Below are positions 1 to 7,190 of a DNA stretch of 64,000 nucleotides, piece after piece. The notes beneath the pieces are model-generated. The model was given only the letters and a program-made list of their open reading frames with translations, was not told where the DNA came from and made no database searches. Source of the DNA: an uncultured Planctomycetales bacterium (GTDB lineage Bacteria > Planctomycetota > Phycisphaerae > UBA1845 > Fen-1342); contig CAYWYJ010000002.1 in assembly GCA_964462635.1 (NCBI GenBank), forward strand, positions 4,047 through 68,046, in the 5' to 3' direction. The translations under genes were made by a program, and so were the position numbers. The first letter of the stretch is position 1; every line of letters starts with the position of its first letter.

Positions 1-723
1 CGTCCTTGAGAATCCGGCAATCCTTGATGATCGTGCGGTCGCCGACCTTTCCGTAGTAGCCCCGCCGGCGGTCGAAGCGGGCCTCCACCATCTCCTTGAA
101 ACGGGCCAGCAGCGCGGGGTCGTCGCGGAGCCGCGACCACAGGTAGGCGTCCGCCGGCAACATGCCGTCGAATGGAATCACCGCCCGGCCGCCGTTCTCG
201 TTGCCCAGGTCCAGCCAGATGCGGACCTTCTCGGGCTCGCCGTCCTTGACGACGCCGTTGCCGAACTTGGCGTAGCTGGTCGTCAACATCTCGTCGATGT
301 TGATGAGGATCACCTCGTCGCCGAGGAGGTAGTGCGCCAGGTGGTTCACGCTGTCGATGGCCACGTTCGAGCCGATGTCGCACGCGACGATCGTGCTGTT
401 GTACAGCCCGACCGGCAGCCGCAGGTCGTGGAACTCCAGGTAGTAGTTCTCCAGCGCCCCGATCCGCACCAGCCCGAAGAACTGGCAGCGCTTCACCAGC
501 TCCGGGTTGAAACGGTCCGTGACGTAGATCGCGCCCCAGTCGTCCGCCGTGTTCTCGTTGCGGACCAGGACCTCGATTTCCTTGGCGGTCAGCCCGCGGA
601 ACGGCACGTCCCCCCGCCGCTGGCGGTCCCGCAAGTAGTACTCGTCACACCCCTCCGGCAGATACTGCGGCTCGACGAACCCGTAACCCAGACGAGGCAA
701 CGGGTGCTTGGTGATCTGATTCA
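1..723 (-). CDS. DUF4954-family protein, N-terminal part (gene continues beyond window start)
   Basis: Not in the ORF track because it runs off the edge. My reverse-strand translation from ATG at 723 gives MNQITKHPLPRLGYGFVEPQYLPEGCDEYYLRDRQRRGDVPFRGLTAKEIEVLVRNENTADDWGAIYVTDRFNPELVKRCQFFGLVRIGALENYY... with no stop to position 1 (241 codons). The pattern LT..EI..L..N.N.A.DW..I.V...F.P......F.G.VRIG matches my memory of DUF4954 N-termini. Confidence 0.55.
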
Positions 724-1150
724 TGCATCTATTCCCTGTGCAGTCACGACCGGCACTGGCCCCCCCGCGACGCGCCATTGTTGAGAACCGCCGCGCGGCT
801 GTAAAGGCCCCGTGGCCGGGGGGACAAGCCGCCTCCCCGGCCCGCCCCCGCGACGGCCAGCGTTTCTCGCCGGCCCGCCGGCGGAAGCGCTCGCCCGCTT
901 CCTGCACCACCTGCTCCGTGTCCTCGATCCAGGGCCCTCGCCGCGCCGCATTCGCCGCTCGCGAGGTCTCTTCCGAGACACGTGTACCTCCGGCTCCGGG
1001 ACCGTCGGCCCCACCTCCCTCGTCACATCGTCCACCCTCTTCGCGCGCATCGCTTGGCCTCCCTGCCAAGCAGCGCCCGCGAACCCCAACCAAACCATTG
1101 CCCGCACCACTTTGCGCGCCCCGGGGAAGAGGGTCCCACCCAATGGAATT

Positions 1151-1191
1151 ACGAAGGGTTTCGTTGACAAGTACGAAGGTATTCGTAATAC
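1151..1191 (+). promoter_or_regulatory. Candidate blaI/blaR1 promoter with twin palindromic operators
   Basis: Two 14-nt dyads lie 22 bp apart: ACGAAGGGTTTCGT (1151-1164) and ACGAAGGTATTCGT (1173-1186). They overlap TTGACA (1164-1169) and TAATAC (1186-1191), which are separated by a 16-nt spacer. The site is a locally AT-richer patch about 85 nt upstream of the blaI ATG. Confidence 0.4.
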
Positions 1192-1274
1192 TGGGAATGG
1201 CGAACGGCGGCAACGTCCGTCCCCGAAGGCCAACCCCGGCCCCGGTCTCTGGAACCGGCCCAGGAGTCTACGTC

Positions 1275-1661
1275 ATGCCCAGTCCGCGGCCCCGCCCCAC
1301 GGACGCCGAAATCGCCATCCTCCGCGTGCTCTGGCAGCACGGCCCCAGCACGGTCCGCCAGGTCCGGCAGGTCCTCGGCCGCCGCCGCCGCACCGGCTAC
1401 ACCACCGTCCTGAAGCTGCTGCAAATCATGCTCGGCAAGGGCCTCGTTCACCGCGACACCGCCCGCCGCAGCCATGTCTACCGCGCCCGCGTCAGCGAAG
1501 ACGCGACGCAGCGGCAACTCGTCGGCGACCTGCTCGACCGGGCGTTCGGCGGGGCCCGGACCAAGCTCATCGTGCAGGCCCTGGCCGACCGGCGGGCCAC
1601 CGCCGCCGAACTCGCCGAGATCCGCCGCCTGCTCGATCAACTGGAAGGGCATCCCCCATGA
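1275..1661 (+). CDS. BlaI/MecI/CopY-family winged-helix transcriptional repressor
   Basis: MPSPRPRPTDAEIAILRVLWQHGPSTVRQVRQVL...GYTTVLKLLQIMLGKGLVHRD...HVYRA is typical of penicillinase-repressor family proteins. The stop overlaps the next gene start (ATGA at 1658-1661). This is the internal ATG of listed ORF 723..1661. Confidence 0.9.
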   Translation: MPSPRPRPTDAEIAILRVLWQHGPSTVRQVRQVLGRRRRTGYTTVLKLLQIMLGKGLVHRDTARRSHVYRARVSEDATQRQLVGDLLDRAFGGARTKLIVQALADRRATAAELAEIRRLLDQLEGHPP

Positions 1662-4600
1662 GCCCGCTCGCCCCATTCTCATCGCCGTTGGTGCAGGCTG
1701 TCGGTTGGACGCTGCTACACTCGCTGTGGCAACTCGCGGCGCTGGGCGTGCTCGCGGCCGCCGCGCTGGCGGCGCTGCGCCGCGCCGCCCCAGGTACACG
1801 CTACGCGGTCGCCTGCGCCGCGCTGGCGGTGATGTGCGTCACACCCCTGGTCACGTTCGCCCTCGTGGCCGACGGCCGTGCGGCGGCCCCCGGCGGCCGG
1901 CGCGTGTCCGTCGATCCGCAAGGTGCCCCCCTTTCCGGTCCGGTCCTTCCCGCGACACACGATCGGGATGGCACGGCGGCACCGGCTGCGTGGCCGGTGG
2001 TTGGCCCCGCACGCGACTCGACGCAGGCCGGCGATGATGTCGCCGCCGCGCCGACCGAAACCGGCGCCCGGTCCGTAGATTGGCGGGCCGTGACTCGCCA
2101 CATCGAACGCGCGCTGCCCATCGTCGTCAGCGTGTGGCTGGCCGGCGTGCTGGCGCTCTCGGCACGGCTGTTCGGCGGCTGGTGGCAGACCCACGTGCTG
2201 CGTCGGCGTGGTGTCAGCGACGCCCCGGCCACGTTGCAGGAGCAACTTGTCCGCGCGGCGCAGCGTCTTGGTGTCGCGCGGCCCGTTCGGCTCGTCGTTT
2301 CGACCCTCGCGGAGGTTCCCGGGGCGCTCGGCTGGCTGCGCCCGATGATCCTGCTGCCGGTCAGCGCGGTCACCGGCCTGCCGCCGCGCCAGCTCGAAGC
2401 GGTCCTGGCCCACGAGTTGGCCCACATTCGCCGCTACGACTACCTCGTCAACTTTGTGCAGTCGGTGATCGAGGTTCTGTTGTTCTACCACCCGGCGGTG
2501 TGGTGGCTTTCGGGCCGCGTTCGCGTCGAACGCGAGCAGTGCTGTGACGATCTCGCTGTGGGCGCCAGCGGCGATGCGCTCAGCCTCGCCCGTGCGCTGG
2601 CCCGCCTCGAAGAACTTCGTGCTCGCCCCGCGGCCCTGGCCGTTGCCGCCGGCGGAGGTACATTGCTGCCCCGCATCCGGCGTCTCCTCGCCGCTCCAGC
2701 GGTACCCGGGCCGCGACCTGCCGGCTGGTGGGCCGGCGTGGTGGTCGCTGCGCTTGCTGCCGGCGTGGGCACGCAGGCCCTGCGGGCCCAATTCGCGCAA
2801 CAAGGCCGGGCCGATTCGGCGGCGTCGCAGCCCGGCCCCACGGCGCTGGGCGAAGTCGTCTACGAAGCCATCCCGCCGCAGACCCAACCGGGTGACACGG
2901 TGACCGGCCTCGTCGTGGACGTGGACGGGCGACCGGTTGAGGGGGCGGCTGTGCGCGCCATCCACCGCGACGATGAGGACGGCGAACCGTCCCACGCGGC
3001 GACGACGGACCACGCCGGCCGCTTCACGCTTGCCGGCCTCGCGCCCGACGGTTACTGGGGCCTGCACGTGGACGACCCGCGGTATGCGCAGCAGTGGCTG
3101 TACGAGCATTCCGTGCAGGTGCCGTTCGACCCCATCGAAGGGCCGGTGCACTTGAAAGTGCAAAGGCCCGTCACTCAGACCGGCATCGTCCTCAACGAAG
3201 CCGGTGACCCGGTGCCGGGGGTCACGGTCACCCTCGTCCGCGAGTACCTGGGCGAGCGCACGCGCCCGCTCCAGGGGTGGCTCGCCTTCGATCTCCAGGT
3301 CACCAAGACGGATGAACACGGCCAATTCACGCTCAATCGCCTGCGGGCGGGCCACATCTCCCTCATGCTCGATCACCCCGACTACGCCCGCACGATCACG
3401 CGCGACCGCGACCCAGGCCTGCGCATCCCCACTGATGAGATTCGCGTAACGATCAAGCGCGGCGTGACCCTCCGCGGCCGCGTCGTGGACCCCGCCGGCC
3501 GCCCCCTGCCGGGGGTCTCCGTCAGACTCACCACGTACAACGTGGCCCATCGCTCCCTCGGCGAGTGGCAGGTGACGACCGACGCGGCGGGCGAGTTTGC
3601 CCAGGGGTCCATCGCCGGTGTCCACGCCGGCTACCGCGCCGATACGTGGCCGGTCAGCGCCATGCTGGACGATCCGAACTGGACGTCGCAGCGATATGCC
3701 GCGTATCAGACCGACGACCAGACCCTGGCGTTCCTGGAGATCACCGCCCACCCGGCCGGAACCAAGTTGCCGAACCAACTCGTGGAAATCGGCCACCCGG
3801 ACTCCGCGCAGGGGGCGCGCCAGCGCAACGAGCCGGTCGGTGGCGGCGTGCTCCGCGTTCGGTTCGGCGGCGTAGTCATCGGGGAGCACGGCCGCGCCCA
3901 CGAGGTGCACGCATGGCGGGAGGCGACGGACGGTGTCCCGCCGGTGTGGCGCACGCAGAGGCTCGACGAGACCGGCACCACGGAGTTCCGCCAACTGTCG
4001 GCCGGCGAGTACAGCGTCAGCGTCCCCTACTCGCTCTCTAGCGTGTACTACCCCTCGCAACGGGTGACCATCCGCGACGACGAGCTGACGGAGGTGACGC
4101 TCGCTCCCGGCCCGGCGCGCCTGCACGGCGTCGTCCGCGTGGACGGCGCGGCGCTCGCGCCGCCCGCGGCTCCGGCGGAACTGGCTGGCGCCATCTACTA
4201 CGTGCTACGCGGCCAGGTGGAAGCACGTGGGCTGATCCGTCCCGACGGGACGTATGAGATCACCGGCCTGCCGCTCGGTCCTTGCATCGTCCGAGCCCAT
4301 GCGGCGCGGGGTTCCTGGCCGTGGCCCGAACGCCGCGTCGAGCTGACCGCGGCCGACACACAACTCGACTGGGACCTGCCAAGCGGGCGCCTCCACGTCA
4401 CGCTTTCCGAACCCTCTACCACGGATTCGCTCACGTTGGAGCGGGCCGCCGGGGAGGATTGGGCCGAGTGGTCGGTGGGGCACTTTGGATTGAACGGCAC
4501 GACCATGACCGTACAACACCTCCCGCCGGGCGAGTACACGGTGAGCACCCACACGACCGCCGGCCCGCTTCACGCCGTGGTCCGGCTCGATCCCGGGGCT

Positions 4601-5191
4601 CCGGACGCGTCGGTCGAACTGCGCCGGCCGCAGGAAACCGGCTGGATCACGGGGACCGTGCGTTTCGAAGGCAGCGCCGAACTGGGCGACATGGACGGCG
4701 TTTCTGCCCAGCCCGCCGGCTGGCACCTGCCCGACTATGTCGCGAAGGTCAACCGGGCGACCGGGGCCTACCGGCTGACCGATCTCCCGCCGGGCATGTA
4801 CGTCGTTAGCGCCGCCGACTGGGACGAGATGAAGTCGTTCGTACGTTATCCGGTGCTGGTTGAAGTCCGCGCGGGCCTGGTGGCGCACCTGGACCTGAAC
4901 GTACCGGCCGCGCGGCGAATCCGCCTGGTGCCCGCCGACCCGCGGGTCGCCTGGCCCACGCCGCCGCGCTGGCGGGTGCGGACGCCCACCGGCGTATGGC
5001 TGCACTGCATGGAGTTGGCGAGCAGCGCGGACCTGTTCTCCTGTCATCTCGCCCTGGGTGTGTACCTCCTCGAGGCGGACTTCCGCGAGCACGGCCGCGT
5101 GCGGCAGAGCTTCACCGTCGGCCCCGGCGACGGCGCCCTCGAAATCCCCGTCGCGCCCCCGCCGCCCACGTCGCCACCGGCCGCGAAGTAG
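1658..5191 (+). CDS. BlaR1-like M56 family membrane metalloprotease/sensor with long C-terminal carboxypeptidase-regulatory-like repeat region
   Basis: N-terminal TM segments and the HEXXH motif in LAHELAHIRRYDYLVNF...FYHPAVWWL identify M56. The C-terminal ~750 aa contains repeated G.VVD..GRP..G..V......TD..G.F.L..L modules. The start is chosen at the ATG overlapping the blaI stop; the listed ORF 812..5191 has a spurious upstream extension. Confidence 0.9.
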   Translation: MSPLAPFSSPLVQAVGWTLLHSLWQLAALGVLAAAALAALRRAAPGTRYAVACAALAVMCVTPLVTFALVADGRAAAPGGRRVSVDPQGAPLSGPVLPATHDRDGTAAPAAWPVVGPARDSTQAGDDVAAAPTETGARSVDWRAVTRHIERALPIVVSVWLAGVLALSARLFGGWWQTHVLRRRGVSDAPATLQEQLVRAAQRLGVARPVRLVVSTLAEVPGALGWLRPMILLPVSAVTGLPPRQLEAVLAHELAHIRRYDYLVNFVQSVIEVLLFYHPAVWWLSGRVRVEREQCCDDLAVGASGDALSLARALARLEELRARPAALAVAAGGGTLLPRIRRLLAAPAVPGPRPAGWWAGVVVAALAAGVGTQALRAQFAQQGRADSAASQPGPTALGEVVYEAIPPQTQPGDTVTGLVVDVDGRPVEGAAVRAIHRDDEDGEPSHAATTDHAGRFTLAGLAPDGYWGLHVDDPRYAQQWLYEHSVQVPFDPIEGPVHLKVQRPVTQTGIVLNEAGDPVPGVTVTLVREYLGERTRPLQGWLAFDLQVTKTDEHGQFTLNRLRAGHISLMLDHPDYARTITRDRDPGLRIPTDEIRVTIKRGVTLRGRVVDPAGRPLPGVSVRLTTYNVAHRSLGEWQVTTDAAGEFAQGSIAGVHAGYRADTWPVSAMLDDPNWTSQRYAAYQTDDQTLAFLEITAHPAGTKLPNQLVEIGHPDSAQGARQRNEPVGGGVLRVRFGGVVIGEHGRAHEVHAWREATDGVPPVWRTQRLDETGTTEFRQLSAGEYSVSVPYSLSSVYYPSQRVTIRDDELTEVTLAPGPARLHGVVRVDGAALAPPAAPAELAGAIYYVLRGQVEARGLIRPDGTYEITGLPLGPCIVRAHAARGSWPWPERRVELTAADTQLDWDLPSGRLHVTLSEPSTTDSLTLERAAGEDWAEWSVGHFGLNGTTMTVQHLPPGEYTVSTHTTAGPLHAVVRLDPGAPDASVELRRPQETGWITGTVRFEGSAELGDMDGVSAQPAGWHLPDYVAKVNRATGAYRLTDLPPGMYVVSAADWDEMKSFVRYPVLVEVRAGLVAHLDLNVPAARRIRLVPADPRVAWPTPPRWRVRTPTGVWLHCMELASSADLFSCHLALGVYLLEADFREHGRVRQSFTVGPGDGALEIPVAPPPPTSPPAAK

Positions 5192-5259
5192 CCGCGGCCC
5201 AGCGGGGTGGCCGCCGCCGCGCCGCCGGGTTTTCGTTGCCGGGGAGGGCGGGCCGATCG

Positions 5260-5265
5260 TACAAT
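5260..5265 (+). promoter_or_regulatory. Candidate -10 hexamer TACAAT upstream of the DUF362 gene
   Basis: TACAAT stands out in GC-rich intergenic DNA 79 nt upstream of the ATG at 5344. AGGAG lies 6 nt before that ATG. Confidence 0.3.
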
Positions 5266-5343
5266 GGCGCTGTTCGCACGGCGGCGCCCTCTTTGGCGTG
5301 CGACTCCCACCCTCCCGCTCGCGCCGAGCACCAGGAGAACGCG

Positions 5344-7038
5344 ATGAGCGCTCACGCGCCCCACGCCCCGCATGTCACGCCGCCGAACGATTCCGGCACT
5401 TCATGGCGACAACGCTTCCTACGCCGCTGGTTCTTCGGCAACCTGCTGCTCAGTGGTCTGTTCGGGTTGCTGTGGCTGGTCCTTCGCAGCGGCACCAAGC
5501 CCAGCCGCCTCACGTATCCCTGCCAACAAGCGGCCCTCTCGACGGCATCACTGGCCTTCGGCGGGCCGCTCGTGGCCGCCCTCATCGCCGCCGGGCGCCG
5601 CACGCTGCGGGCCTTGCTCACCCCCGCGGGCGTGACGGTCGCGGCCGTCGGCCTGTTCGCCACGCTCGGGACGTGGGGCTATCTGTCGCGGGCCAACGCG
5701 GTGCCCAGGCTGCCCATCGACCTGCCGTTGGACTACCGCGCCAAGCTCTTCCACGTCGTGAATTGCCCGCCGGACCCCGTCGGCGACCGGTTCATCGGGT
5801 TGGACAACCTGCTGCGGATGATGGGCCGCGACGGGCTGAAGTTCTACCGCTCGCCGAACGTGTCGCTACTGGCCGGCCCGGACGGGCTCCTGGCCCCCGA
5901 CGACGTCATCCTCGTGAAGATCAACTACCAGTGGCCGGAGCGCGGCGGCACGAACACCGACCTGCTGAGCGGGCTGATTCGCCGCATCATCGAGCACCCG
6001 GACGGTTTCGCGGGCGAGATCGTCGTGTGCGAAAACGCCCAGTTCAACTCGACCGAGGGCTTCGACCGGGCCGCGAACAACGCCCAGAACACGTCGCTCT
6101 CGCCGCACGACGTGGTGGTCGCGTTCAAGTCGCAGGGGGTGAAGATCTCGCACTACGACTGGACGCTGGTACGGTACACGTCGGTGCAGGAATACTCCGC
6201 CGGCAATCTCCAGGACGGCTACGTCGTCGGCGCCTACAACGCCCTGCTCCAGGGCCGCCCGTCGTACCCGAAGTTCAAGACCGAGTACGGCACGTACGTC
6301 AGCCTGAAGTACGGGGTGTGGGACGCGGTCGGCGGCACCTACGACCGTGAGCACCTCAAGTTCATCAACGTCCCCGTGCTCAAGTCGCACCACTCGACGT
6401 ACGGCGCGACGGCGTGCGTGAAGCACTACATGGGCGTCGTCACCCGCGAGCTGAGCACCAACTCGCACAGCGCCATTGCCCGCGGCATCCTCGGGGCCGT
6501 CATCGGCGAGGTCCGCCCCGCCGACCTCAACATCCTCGACTGCATCTGGATCAACGCGAACCCCAACACCGGGCCGCAGACGCCCTACAGCGGGGCCACC
6601 CGGCGGGACCAGCTCGTCGCCAGCACCGACCCGGTTGCCACCGACATCTGGGCGGTGAAGAACATTCTGATCCCCGCGTTCCTGGCCAACGGCTACAACC
6701 CGCCGTGGCCGACGCCCAGTGCCGACCCGGACGACCCGAACAGCGCCTTTCGGCGGTATCTCGACAATTCGCTGGCGTACATTCGCGCGGCGGGCTTCGA
6801 CGCGACCAACGATTTCAACCAGATCGAGGTGCTGACGTGGGACCCGCTGGGCGACCTGAACTGCGATGGGGCGACGGACTTCGGCGACATCAATCCCTTC
6901 GTGCTGGCGTTGTCGAACCCGGGCGGCTACGCGACCCAGTTCCCGGACTGCGAAATCCGCAACGGCGACATCAACCGCAACGGCAGCGTCGGCTTCGACG
7001 ACATCAACCCGTTCGTGAGTCTGCTCGCCGGGCCGTAG
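5344..7038 (+). CDS. Membrane-anchored DUF362 domain protein with C-terminal dockerin-like (GC-type dockerin) module
   Basis: The internal ATG of ORF 4996..7038 follows RBS AGGAG. An N-terminal hydrophobic anchor is present. DUF362-like blocks are IVVCENAQF, INVPVLKSHHSTYGATACVKHYMGVV and ILDCIWINANP. The C-terminus is DLNCDGATDFGDINPFVLALSNP...NGDINRNGSVGFDDINPFVSLL. Confidence 0.85.
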   Translation: MSAHAPHAPHVTPPNDSGTSWRQRFLRRWFFGNLLLSGLFGLLWLVLRSGTKPSRLTYPCQQAALSTASLAFGGPLVAALIAAGRRTLRALLTPAGVTVAAVGLFATLGTWGYLSRANAVPRLPIDLPLDYRAKLFHVVNCPPDPVGDRFIGLDNLLRMMGRDGLKFYRSPNVSLLAGPDGLLAPDDVILVKINYQWPERGGTNTDLLSGLIRRIIEHPDGFAGEIVVCENAQFNSTEGFDRAANNAQNTSLSPHDVVVAFKSQGVKISHYDWTLVRYTSVQEYSAGNLQDGYVVGAYNALLQGRPSYPKFKTEYGTYVSLKYGVWDAVGGTYDREHLKFINVPVLKSHHSTYGATACVKHYMGVVTRELSTNSHSAIARGILGAVIGEVRPADLNILDCIWINANPNTGPQTPYSGATRRDQLVASTDPVATDIWAVKNILIPAFLANGYNPPWPTPSADPDDPNSAFRRYLDNSLAYIRAAGFDATNDFNQIEVLTWDPLGDLNCDGATDFGDINPFVLALSNPGGYATQFPDCEIRNGDINRNGSVGFDDINPFVSLLAGP

Positions 7039-7190
7039 CGGCTGATGGGAAGCGCGCCCCGCCGCCTGGGATCACTGCTCAAGAGCGGTGGCACCCGGCA
7101 CCCGGCGCAGCGCGCGACGCACTTGAGCCATTGTGCAAACGGCTTGCCCCGCGTTGCCGCCGCCGCGCCGCCGCCGCACAATAGCCCGCC

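Noticed and set aside
812-1657. N-terminal 282-codon extension of the BlaR1 ORF (listed as 812..5191)
   Set aside because: The extension overlaps blaI in another frame and is Pro/Arg-rich. The ATG at 1658 overlaps the blaI stop (ATGA) and begins the expected M56 N-terminal TM topology.
1715-4126. 803-aa minus-strand ORF opposite blaR1. Similar long shadows are 21028..23310 (+), 26397..28040 (-), 33590..35893 (+), 39640..41133 (-), 41608..42813 (+), 45250..47004 (+), 49651..51684 (-), 53536..55380 (-), 59310..60797 (-) and 61030..63261 (+)
   Set aside because: Each lies antisense to a gene with clear family motifs and shows the low-complexity Arg/Pro/Gly/Ala composition expected from a GC-rich antisense frame. 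None has an RBS or a recognisable domain.
6838-7035. Dockerin-like tails as evidence for a cellulosome
   Set aside because: There is no cohesin or scaffoldin in the window, and the cargoes are peptidases and a DUF362 protein rather than glycoside hydrolases. The module is more likely a lineage-specific anchoring signal.
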